This document shows, piece after piece, positions 1 to 9,200 of a stretch of DNA of 28,230 nucleotides. Origin of the DNA: Myxococcota bacterium (GTDB taxonomy: Bacteria; Myxococcota; SpSt-1050); assembly GCA_049969675.1 (NCBI GenBank), contig JBMFOP010000036.1:1-28230 (forward strand), read 5' to 3'. The position numbers and the translations under genes were made by a program. Every line of letters starts with the position of its first letter. The stretch's first letter is position 1. The notes below the pieces were generated by a model. It was not told the DNA's origin. It made no database searches and worked only from the letters and a program-made list of their open reading frames with translations.

Positions 1-18
1 AATAGGGAGTTTCTTCAT
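1..18 (-). CDS. 5' end of a divergent gene (MKKLPI...), runs off the window
   Basis: Minus strand reads AGAGGTAAATTG-ATG AAG AAA CTC CCT ATT: SD-like GAGGT then ATG at 18, open to the edge. Confidence 0.5.
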
Positions 19-59
19 CAATTTACCTCTAAACTCTTTCAAATATTGCATAATGCTAA

Positions 60-236
60 TCAGAAGTCAAACGCAATTTGCCCTTTCTGTGTCGCTACGC
101 TCCGTCAATAATGGAGTTTCAAGAAAAGAATATGATAAAAGAGTCAATGTATAATTGTCAATAGAGGCTTGTTTTCTTGACAAGAGGGAATAATTGAGCA
201 ACAGATAAATCTATCTTTCATATAAGGAGGCTTGAT
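60..236. promoter_or_regulatory. Divergent promoter region with -35-like TTGAC hexamers and strong RBS
   Basis: TTGACA at 178-183 (+) inside palindrome TCTTG-A-CAAGA; TTGACA at 156-161 (-) and TTGACT at 65-70 (-); TAAGGAGG before ATG 237; -10 boxes not clear. Confidence 0.4.
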
Positions 237-1085
237 ATGTCTTTCCTTTATATCTTTGCGAAGAGATTTGTGGCTGGAGAGGAATTAAGTGAGGCTATAC
301 CTGCCATTAAGGCATTAAATGAGAAAGGGATTATGGTTACATTTGACCACCTCGGTGAGAATGTAACAACTGAGGAGATGGCAAAGTCAGCTGCTGATAC
401 ATACCTTGACCTTCTGGATGTAATTAAAAAGGAAGGATTAAATTCTAATGTCTCGGTGAAACTTACACAGATGGGACTTGACCTTGGAGACGAATTCTGT
501 CTGAATAATGTTGAACGAATAGTGAAAAAGGCACAGGAGTTGAACAATTTTGTAAGGATAGATATGGAGGGTTCGGCATATACTCAGAGGACACTGGATA
601 TTACATATAAACTCTTTGAAAAATATCAGAATGTTGGTGTGGTAATTCAGGCGATGCTGCTAAGGAGTGAGGAGGATGTAAAGGAGCTCAATAAGAGGGG
701 AATAAGAGTCAGGCTCTGTAAGGGGGCATATAAGGAGCCAGCATCGGTTGCCTATCAGAAGAAGGAGCAGGTAAATGAGAATTATTTAAAACTTATGAAG
801 ATACTGCTTACTGAGGGGAAATATCCGGGTATTGCTACACACGATGAAAAGATTATTGAGGAGTGCAAGAGATATATCTCTGAAAATAAGATTGAATCCT
901 CAAGATTTGAATTCCAGATGTTGTACGGTATTAGAAGAGACCTTCAGTTACAACTTGTAAAAGAGGGATTCAATATGAGGGTCTATGTCCCTTATGGGAA
1001 GGAGTGGTTTCCTTATTTTTACAGGAGGTTAAGGGAGAGAAAAGAGAATCTATTCTTTGTTATGAAAAACTTCTTTAAAGGATAA
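237..1085 (+). CDS. Monofunctional proline dehydrogenase
   Basis: Motifs RFVAGE, SVKLTQMG, VRIDME, VRLCKGAY, IATHD, FEFQMLYG, VYVPYG, YFYRRLRER; 282 aa, no P5CDH domain. Confidence 0.95.
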   Translation: MSFLYIFAKRFVAGEELSEAIPAIKALNEKGIMVTFDHLGENVTTEEMAKSAADTYLDLLDVIKKEGLNSNVSVKLTQMGLDLGDEFCLNNVERIVKKAQELNNFVRIDMEGSAYTQRTLDITYKLFEKYQNVGVVIQAMLLRSEEDVKELNKRGIRVRLCKGAYKEPASVAYQKKEQVNENYLKLMKILLTEGKYPGIATHDEKIIEECKRYISENKIESSRFEFQMLYGIRRDLQLQLVKEGFNMRVYVPYGKEWFPYFYRRLRERKENLFFVMKNFFKG

Positions 1086-1098
1086 GGAGGGAGTTGTT

Positions 1099-2340
1099 AT
1101 GTCAATGAAATTAGCACACGCCATCTCTGATATTGTGGATAAATATAGAGATGAGATGATTACTATGCAATCAGAACTTACAAAACGAGTTGCACTGGAC
1201 CCCCAATATGGAGGGAAGGGCGAGAAGGAGAAGGCAGAGTATATCCTATCTGTCCTGAAAGATATGCCTTTCAGTGAGATCAATATCTATAATGCCATAG
1301 ACGAGAGGATTGATTCAAAAGAGCGCCCGAATATTGTGGCAAGGCTCAGGGGCAGAGATTCCTCAAAGACCATCTGGATTATGTCGCATATGGATGTAGT
1401 TCCGCCCGGTGAACTGGACAGATGGAGCTCTGACCCATTTACAGTGAGGGTAGAGCAGGATAGATTGTTTGGAAGAGGCGTTGAGGATAATCAGCAGGGT
1501 ATTGTGACTTCAATATTTGGGACAAAGGCAATTATTGAACTCGGTATGCCACCCGTCTATGATGTAGGGCTCCTGTTTGTGGCAGATGAGGAGACCGGGA
1601 ATAGATTCGGGATTGAGTTTTTACTCAAAGATCACCCTGAACTCTTCCGGAAGGAGGACCTGATAATAGTTCCGGATGCGGGTTCACCTGATAGTACAAT
1701 GATAGAGGTTGCTGAGAAGTCTATCCTGTGGATAAAGTTTGTGGTAAAAGGTAAGCAGGCACACGCAAGCACCCCGAATCTCGGAATCAATCCCCACCGT
1801 GCCGGAGCCAGTCTAATTGTTAGACTTGATAAGGCTCTGCATAAGACATTTAATCTCAAAAACAAGGTCTTTGACCCACCCATCTCTACCTTTGAACCGA
1901 CGAGAAAAGATGCAAATATTCCAAATATCAATACCATTCCAGATTCAGATATCTTCTACTTTGATTGCAGGGTCCTTCCGGAGATAGATACGAATGAGGT
2001 TAAGAGAAAAATTATGGAGATAGTTGAGGAGATCAAGAAGGAATTTGATGTTCAGGTGGAGTTGGAATTTCCACAGGATGTAAAGGCAGCGCCTGCAACA
2101 CCCGAGGATGCTGAGGTTGTAGAGAGGTTAAAGAAGGCTATTAAGAAGGTATATAACCGTACCGCAAAGCCTATGGGGATTGGGGGAGGAACGGTGGCGG
2201 CTGCCTTTAGAAAGATGGGGTTCAATGTCGTGGTCTGGTCCACACTTGAGGAGACAGCCCATCAGCCCAACGAGTCCTGTCTGATTTCAAATATGATAGG
2301 AGATGCGAAGGTCTTTGCCAATCTGTTTGCATCGGAATAA
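1099..2340 (+). CDS. M20 family metallo-hydrolase (DapE/ArgE-like)
   Basis: Metal ligand motifs SHMDVVP, GRGVEDNQQG, ADEE, C-terminal AHQPNE; GKQAHAS, NTIP, GGGT; RBS AAGGAGG. Confidence 0.92.
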   Translation: MSMKLAHAISDIVDKYRDEMITMQSELTKRVALDPQYGGKGEKEKAEYILSVLKDMPFSEINIYNAIDERIDSKERPNIVARLRGRDSSKTIWIMSHMDVVPPGELDRWSSDPFTVRVEQDRLFGRGVEDNQQGIVTSIFGTKAIIELGMPPVYDVGLLFVADEETGNRFGIEFLLKDHPELFRKEDLIIVPDAGSPDSTMIEVAEKSILWIKFVVKGKQAHASTPNLGINPHRAGASLIVRLDKALHKTFNLKNKVFDPPISTFEPTRKDANIPNINTIPDSDIFYFDCRVLPEIDTNEVKRKIMEIVEEIKKEFDVQVELEFPQDVKAAPATPEDAEVVERLKKAIKKVYNRTAKPMGIGGGTVAAAFRKMGFNVVVWSTLEETAHQPNESCLISNMIGDAKVFANLFASE

Positions 2341-2361
2341 AAAAGATAGTATGTATAAGTA

Positions 2362-4449
2362 ATGAGCGAGATATTAAGGTTTGACCTTGTAATATCAATT
2401 ATCCTCTTTTCAATTGCACTATCTGTCTCTTTCAGGAAAAACAAAGATAAGCAGCAGACACTTCTGACACTCTTTGCATTCCTGCTGGCATTGGTATTTT
2501 TATTGAGATATGTATTTATTGAGACTGCAACCCATATCTGGCTTAGATTGTCTCTTGGTCTTCTCATCCCTTTACCTCTTGTACTATTATTTCTTGTGTC
2601 CTCATTCCTGAAAGAGGAGAACAATTTTAGCGTAGAGCTCTTTACTATCCAGTACATTTTTGCACCTATACTTATTGTTGGACTATCAACCCCTATTTTC
2701 AATAACCGTGAATTTGTCTGGTTTGTGCTCTCGTATGTACTCGGTATGATAACATTTGTCTTTCTCAATCTGCTGTATATCGGTCTAAAAGAAGAGAATA
2801 TCCCCCAGAAGAAACGTCTCTTACTACTCTCTATCATTGGAATAATTTCAATAATATTTACCATACTCTCAATTAAGTTGGAGAATCAATTTACTATTTC
2901 GGGGATTGATGCACTATTTATTTTACTATTGCTATTGTATTTAAGTGAGTCGGTAATCAATACAAAACTGTTGGACTTTCAGGAATTTATCTCCCGAGTT
3001 CTTGTGCTGATAGTCCTATCAGTGGTTATTTCAATCATATACTGGATATTTGTAATTGTAATCTCATATAGGCCAGCGGATATGGTCCTGAATTCTCTTG
3101 CCGTCTCAATATCCATTGCAATTTTATTTGATAGATTGAGAATATATATCACAAATATAATAAGTAATTACCTGACTGTTAGAAGCAAGGACTTTCTGGC
3201 GAGGATACAGAGACTGAAAAAAGAGATCTCCTCAATTATTGATGCCGATATATTATTAAGAAAAGTAATTGATGATATATTTGCCTCCAGAAAGATTAAT
3301 AGTTGTGCATTTTATGTGCTTTCAGATGACAGGACTAACTACAAAAATTACTATTCACTTGGTCCGCAGGTTGCAGAACGAATCGACAACATCCTTGACC
3401 ACTCCCTGATTGAGATGTTAAATGAGCAGAGACAGATCATTGTTAGAGAGTTATTAGAGACGAGATATGCGCAGGAATCAACTATTACAGAGGAGGGTGG
3501 GAAACAGGCAAAGTTGAGAGATGTACTGAATTCACTGTTCAGGTTAAATATCACATTACTCTTCCCGATTATTATAGAGAATGAGGTATATTATATACTT
3601 ACTATAAATGACTATGGCGTCTCTGAATCAATCAATGCAGAGGAGATTGGTGCCCTGATTGAGTTATCAGAACAGATATCTGTAAATCTCTTAAATCTCA
3701 AAATATTTGAGAGAATAAGGGAGAGAGACAGACTGGCTGCACTTGGAGAGATGGCAGCAGGACTCGCGCATGAAATTAGAAATCCGCTCGGTGCAATAAA
3801 GGGTGCAGCACAATATCTAAATCCAGCAAATCTCCCACAGGAGGAGGCTGAGTTTTTAAAAATTATCGTTGAGGAAACAGATAGGCTAAACAGGGTCTTA
3901 ACACAATTTCTGGATTATTCTCGTCCGTATCAGGGAGAGTTCAATGTAGTAAATCTGGACAATGTCATTAAGCAGATCGTCAAATTTTATTCATCAAATC
4001 CTGAGAATGGATATCAGATTGAATATACTAATTCCTCACCGGATTCTATGGTTAGAATTGATATTGAACAATTTAGACAGGTGATGATAAATATTATTAA
4101 AAATGCTCAGGAGGCAATGCCAGATGGGGGAAAGATTGAAATAAAGGTCTCAAAAGAATCACAGATTGGCAGACGAATATTTAATACCGTTTTTTTGAGA
4201 GAGAGAGATAACATGGAAAAGGTAATTGTTGAGATTGTAGATCACGGATGCGGGATAGATGAGAAGGACATTAATAAGGTATTTATACCCTTTTTTACTA
4301 CCAAGAAGAGCGGCACCGGACTCGGGCTGGCGATATCCAGAAAGATTGTAGAGTCTCAGGGTGGTGGGCTTGAGATCTCAAGTAAGAAGGGAGAAGGGAC
4401 CACTGTCAGGATAACTCTTCCCACATTTGATGTGGAGTCTGATAAATGA
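2362..4449 (+). CDS. Membrane sensor histidine kinase (multi-TM, GAF-like, HisKA, HATPase)
   Basis: About 8 hydrophobic segments in the first ~260 aa; H-box GEMAAGLAHEIRNPL; N-box NIIKNAQEA; DHGCGI, PFFTTK, GTGLGL. Confidence 0.95.
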   Translation: MSEILRFDLVISIILFSIALSVSFRKNKDKQQTLLTLFAFLLALVFLLRYVFIETATHIWLRLSLGLLIPLPLVLLFLVSSFLKEENNFSVELFTIQYIFAPILIVGLSTPIFNNREFVWFVLSYVLGMITFVFLNLLYIGLKEENIPQKKRLLLLSIIGIISIIFTILSIKLENQFTISGIDALFILLLLLYLSESVINTKLLDFQEFISRVLVLIVLSVVISIIYWIFVIVISYRPADMVLNSLAVSISIAILFDRLRIYITNIISNYLTVRSKDFLARIQRLKKEISSIIDADILLRKVIDDIFASRKINSCAFYVLSDDRTNYKNYYSLGPQVAERIDNILDHSLIEMLNEQRQIIVRELLETRYAQESTITEEGGKQAKLRDVLNSLFRLNITLLFPIIIENEVYYILTINDYGVSESINAEEIGALIELSEQISVNLLNLKIFERIRERDRLAALGEMAAGLAHEIRNPLGAIKGAAQYLNPANLPQEEAEFLKIIVEETDRLNRVLTQFLDYSRPYQGEFNVVNLDNVIKQIVKFYSSNPENGYQIEYTNSSPDSMVRIDIEQFRQVMINIIKNAQEAMPDGGKIEIKVSKESQIGRRIFNTVFLRERDNMEKVIVEIVDHGCGIDEKDINKVFIPFFTTKKSGTGLGLAISRKIVESQGGGLEISSKKGEGTTVRITLPTFDVESDK

Positions 4450-5489
4450 TATTTGTTATAGAACTTTTGATTATATTTGTGCTGGTACTTATAAATGGTT
4501 TCTTTGCCGCCGCGGAGATTGCTATAGTTAGTATCAGAAAGACAAGGGTGAAGGAGCTTGTCAAAAAGAATGTCCCATTTGCAAAGATTCTGGAAAAATT
4601 AAAAGATAATATAGAGACATTTTTTATCACTGTTCAACTGGGGGTAACGATTATTGGAACACTCGCCTCTGTAATTGCAGGGACATTATCTGTGAAATAT
4701 TTTACTCCCATCTTAAAAGGTCTTTTAGGGCGATTTTCGTCTTATGGTGAACCGATTTCCATAGCACTTACAACACTCATTATCACCATCATATTTCTAC
4801 TTTTTGGTGAGTTGCTCCCAAAGAGCATCGCCAGCAGAAGTGCAGAGCGTGTTGCAATTCTTTCTTCAACTTTTATTGATATCTTCTCAAAGATTATGAA
4901 ACCATTTATATTGTTAATAAATATACCCCATCAATTTCTCATCAAGGTGCTCATCAGACAGAAGATGTATTCTGAGAGCAGGATATCGGAGGACGAGATA
5001 AGATTGATAATTGAAGAGGGTGTGGTGAGTGGTGTCCTCGAAAAACAGGAGCAGGAGTTGATTGAAAAGATATTAGGCTTTACAGACAAAAAAGTAAAAG
5101 ATGTGATGATAGGGATTGAGAGCGTGTATTTGATATCTGTTGATAGTTCAAAAGAAGATGTGGTGGATAAAATTATCTCATCCGGACATAATAGGTTTCC
5201 CGTCTATGGTAAAGATAAGAACGACATACTCGGAATAATGACCGCTCGCGATTTTTATTATGTCTACTTTGAATCGGATGTCTTTATATTAAGAGATATC
5301 ATAAGGAAACCATTATTTGTAGGTCTTAATGAAAAGATAAGTAATCTTCTAATGGAGATGCAAAAGAAGAAGTTGCATATGGCGATAGTACAGGAGAGGG
5401 GTGAGGTATTGGGCATTGTTACACTTGAGGATATTATTGAGGAGATAGTAGGCGAGATAGAGGATGAGAGGTTTACCAGTATAAAATGA
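4446..5489 (+). CDS. CNNM/CorC-HlyC family protein (DUF21 + 2 CBS), lacking C-terminal CorC domain
   Basis: NGFFAAAEIA, TVQLGVT, FGELLPK, GHNRFPVY, GIVTLEDIIEEIVGEIEDE; ATGA overlap with the kinase. Confidence 0.93.
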   Translation: MIFVIELLIIFVLVLINGFFAAAEIAIVSIRKTRVKELVKKNVPFAKILEKLKDNIETFFITVQLGVTIIGTLASVIAGTLSVKYFTPILKGLLGRFSSYGEPISIALTTLIITIIFLLFGELLPKSIASRSAERVAILSSTFIDIFSKIMKPFILLINIPHQFLIKVLIRQKMYSESRISEDEIRLIIEEGVVSGVLEKQEQELIEKILGFTDKKVKDVMIGIESVYLISVDSSKEDVVDKIISSGHNRFPVYGKDKNDILGIMTARDFYYVYFESDVFILRDIIRKPLFVGLNEKISNLLMEMQKKKLHMAIVQERGEVLGIVTLEDIIEEIVGEIEDERFTSIK

Positions 5490-5770
5490 AGAAATTTATT
5501 AAGACGGCAATATATCTGTTTGTTGATGTCCTGAATATTATGCTTACTACATACTTTTTGAAGGATACAATCAGGGCATTAAATGATGGATTTCTGACTT
5601 ACTTTCAATTCTATACAAGGCTATTTTGTGGTGTATTGATATATGTCTTTATCTTTTTACATATTGTTGTCCTTATATTTGAACATACAATGAAGAAGAA
5701 TCATTCAATCTGGTGGGAGGCAATCAGTCTTTTAATACTCTTTATCGCTATGATGGCAAATATTATTTGA
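5486..5770 (+). CDS. Hypothetical small membrane protein (about 3 TM)
   Basis: ATGA-coupled to the upstream gene, fills the gap before queF, hydrophobic segments. Confidence 0.7.
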   Translation: MKKFIKTAIYLFVDVLNIMLTTYFLKDTIRALNDGFLTYFQFYTRLFCGVLIYVFIFLHIVVLIFEHTMKKNHSIWWEAISLLILFIAMMANII

Positions 5771-5783
5771 AAGGAGAAGATGT

Positions 5784-6182
5784 ATGAGATATGGAGAGAG
5801 GCAGATTAAAGATTCAAGACTTGAGTTCTGGCCCAACCCCGAGAAGAGGAATAGATATCAGATAGAGATCTCTTATCCAGAATTTACCTGTCTGTGCCCG
5901 AGGTCGGGTTATCCCGATTTTGCGACTATAATTATAAGATATATACCGAATAAATTCATTGTGGAGCTGAGGTCATTAAAGTTATATTTAAATAGATTCA
6001 GGGATGAACATATCTCTCACGAGGCGGTGGTAAATAGAATCTACAATGAGCTCAAAGAGGGTTTAAGTCCTCACTATTTAGAGGTCATTGGCGATTTTAA
6101 TGTCCGTGGAAATGTAAAGACTATAGTGACAGTTAAGAGTGATGGTGTCAAACTGGATAAAATTAAAATTGACAAGAGTTAA
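5784..6182 (+). CDS. queF: NADPH-dependent 7-cyano-7-deazaguanine reductase (preQ1 synthase, type I)
   Basis: [15 protein letters not shown] (catalytic Cys/Asp), QueF motif [25 protein letters not shown]. Confidence 0.96.
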   Translation: MRYGERQIKDSRLEFWPNPEKRNRYQIEISYPEFTCLCPRSGYPDFATIIIRYIPNKFIVELRSLKLYLNRFRDEHISHEAVVNRIYNELKEGLSPHYLEVIGDFNVRGNVKTIVTVKSDGVKLDKIKIDKS

Positions 6183-6197
6183 ATTTTATTTTAACTA
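6169..6197 (+). promoter_or_regulatory. Possible sigma70 promoter for tRNA-Met
   Basis: Perfect TTGACA at 6169-6174, 38 nt upstream of the tRNA; -10 only weak (TTAACT/TAACTA). Confidence 0.4.
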
Positions 6198-6212
6198 AAC
6201 CTCCCTCACTAT

Positions 6213-6285
6213 GGCGACGTAGCTCAGTCGGTAGAGCAGCGGTCTCATAATCCGCGCGTCCCCAGTTCGATTCTGGGCGTCGCCA
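6213..6285 (+). tRNA. tRNA-Met(CAT), probably elongator; CCA not encoded
   Basis: Cloverleaf: acceptor GGCGACG/CGTCGCC, D stem GCTC/GAGC, anticodon arm GCGGT-CTCATAA-TCCGC, T arm CCCAG-TTCGATT-CTGGG, A73; paired G1-C72 excludes initiator. Confidence 0.95.
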
Positions 6286-6288
6286 TTT

Positions 6289-9200
6289 TTAATCTCTAAC
6301 ACGATTTCTGAATCTCGTCTTTGCCTGATGTAAGAATGCATCAAGGATTGTATCTCTTAATGGGTCATCTGTATTGGAATAGACTGTGGTGATAATTGGG
6401 ATATTGCTGTAATCTCTCCTTATCTTTTCAATCACCGCATTTGAGGCATTCCCTACCATACAATTAAAGCAGATGGCGTTGATTATTCCATCCGCCCCTC
6501 TCTGTGCAAAGTCCACTATCTTCGCAACATTTAGAAAGAGGAGATCAGAGGCCTCATTCCATACATATTTTGAGGCAAGCTTTACCATCTCGTTGTATGT
6601 GGGTTCATCTGCTCTCTTAATCCTTCCATCTATTATCCTTGAAACTCTAAACTCCTCTATTGCCTTCTTTGCAACGAGCGCCCCGTGTTTTAATGTCTCC
6701 TGAAGATTTAATTTGCTCAGACTATTATAAAATTTTCTATATATACCAAAGTCAATCAGGTCAATCTGAAATGGGGATGGCCAGACCTCACAACCTGCCT
6801 CTTCAATTTTTTTGTAGAGGTCAAAGTTTGCTATCGGATTTACCCTCGTATATACATCTCCAGCCACGCCGATAAGCGGTCTTGCCTCACTCTTATTGAT
6901 TCTTATCTGTGAAAGATTTTTAAGAGATGCATCCAGCGCCTCATAGACATCTCCATAGGCGATTGCCTGTTCTATCAATGTGAGATTGGTGCGATGAATC
7001 ATATCGGTGAGACCCTTCTCTACCTCGTAAGGGCGAATCTCACATACCGCCTTCTCTAACAGTTCAATAGCCCATAGCCCTTTGTAATATCTCTCAATTG
7101 CCTCAAGTCCCATTGCATGAATTAGTTGATCTCCATTTGGGGATAGAACCGAGACATTTTTAACTCCGAGGTCTGAGAGTAAAACTGCCATACCCTCTCC
7201 ATACTGGTGCATAAGACAGGGGATCTGTGTCCCCGGCAGATAAAACACCACACTTCTATCTGTATCCTTTGCCTTAATTGCGATATTTACAAGGTCCCCA
7301 AGCAGTATAGAATATGCATGACACTCTTTTCCGAGCGAATATCTCTCTCCAAGAGATTGAATTCTCTCATCAGGTAGATTCAGGACTCTTACTTTGTATC
7401 CTTTATACTTAAACAATCCGGAAAATGCAAATACCTGATCTGCAAAGTATGGAATCACAATCTCAACTGCTGAGGGCTCCGGGAAACTATCCTTCAGAGG
7501 TCTCTCCCTCTTTATAAATGTAATGGGATGCCTCTTCTTCATCTTTGAATGTTCAATCTGGTCACAGAACGCCTCAAGCCTTGTAATTAATCCGGCCTCT
7601 CCTCGTTGTTCATCAAATTCAAGTATGAGATGTTCAATACCTTTTAATTGCTCCTCTATCTGTTTGAATGTAAAGGCATCAGGTCCACAACCAAAGTTTG
7701 ATATAATTACCGGGTAGACCTCTCTTTTCTCCTTACTAATTGCAGAGACATATTTATATATGTCAGCCGAGAATTTCCATGGGAGATTGGTCTCAATACC
7801 AGATGTGTCAAGTCCCAGAAATGCGGCAGGGACCGCCAGAATGCCCATCCTTCTGAGTCTCTCAAATAGATTAAGATTGATATAAGGGTCAAAGGTGTTG
7901 TATGGTTTTCCGATTATACAAAAGAGATATTTATAGTCACCTTTCTCAATAATGGATTTTACATACTTTTTAAAATTCTCCTCAAATTCAGACTGTGCCT
8001 CCAATGCCAGATTCAGTGCCCTCCTGAGATTCTTCTCATCGGTATTGAGTATCTTCTTATATTTCATCATCTCGTTGATAAACTCCTTGCTATTTGAGAG
8101 TGAGACAACAGGGCTTATAATAGTTGTATCATTATTGTCTGCATTAACCATAAATGGAATCGCCTGAGTATAAGGACAGGCATAGAGATTCTTTCCCTCC
8201 TCTCCAGAGAGCAGAAACATGGCTGGAATGAATACCAGTTCTGTCTTTTTCTGAATCAGGTCTGCGATATGTCCGGCTGTAAGTTTGACAGGGAGGCAGG
8301 CACCTACAGTCAATCGCCTGAGCCCCTCTGTGAGTGTCTTCTCCTGTGAAGGCTCTGAGAGTACAGGTTTGAGCCCGAGAGAGCCAAAGAATGTGGCAAA
8401 GAAAGGCAGATATGCATAGATTACCGATGCAAGGGGGATCCCTATTGTTCTATCTCTGAGTTCATAATCTTTGAAATATCTCTTTGCCATCTCCAGATAC
8501 TCTGTGGAGAGGTTTGGAAGTAAGATCTTATTTTCGCTCTTAATCTCTCCACTTGTATATTTTTCACAGGTATCACCAAAATATGCCCTCATTCCCTTAG
8601 TCTCAACAATATTGACCTCACAATTATTTGAACACTGGCGACATTCAAAAGACCTGAGAGTCGGTAATATGGAGATATCGGGGAAGACGAATGAGGATTT
8701 ACCTTTTGTCTCAAGTCTTGCTGCATAAGCAGCCCCTATCGCGCCTGAGATTCTATTGTATGGATTTACCTTTATCTTCTTGCCAAGAATATTTTCAAAA
8801 GCGGCTATCACTGCCCTATTTGAAGCGACTCCTCCCTGAAAGAGGATATTATCTCCTATCTTCTTCTGCCCTGCTACCTTCTCCAGATAGTTCTTTGCAA
8901 TTGAATATGCCAGACCCGCTACAATATCACCTATAGGCAGATTCTGCTTGAGTGCATTTACAACCTCCGTCTCCATAAAGACTGTGCAGCGTGAGCTCAG
9001 CTCTATAGGGGATGTAGATTTGAATGCGAGTTTTGAAAATTCGCCTTTGATCTCAACCCCTAATTCTGCAGCCTGCTCCTCAAGGAAAGAACCCGTCCCT
9101 GCGGAACATATCCTGTTCATCTGAAAGTCAATTACATTCCCATCTTTTACGGATATAAATTTTGAATCCTGTCCCCCTATCTCAAATATTGTATCTACAT

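Noticed and set aside
91..116. TCGCTACGCTC plus a small hairpin, reminiscent of REP-like repeats
   Set aside because: Single partial copy, no associated transposase or nuclease
2262..2864. 200-aa minus-strand ORF and other short antisense ORFs (e.g. 12587-13042, 20893-21303, 23442-23823)
   Set aside because: Shadows of well-supported genes, with no motifs
2362..4449. PrsK (PEP-CTERM system) kinase call
   Set aside because: H-box is NtrB-type AHEIRNPL, and no prsR/exosortase is nearby
5760..5784. preQ1 riboswitch upstream of queF
   Set aside because: Only a 13-nt gap holding the RBS; no aptamer pattern
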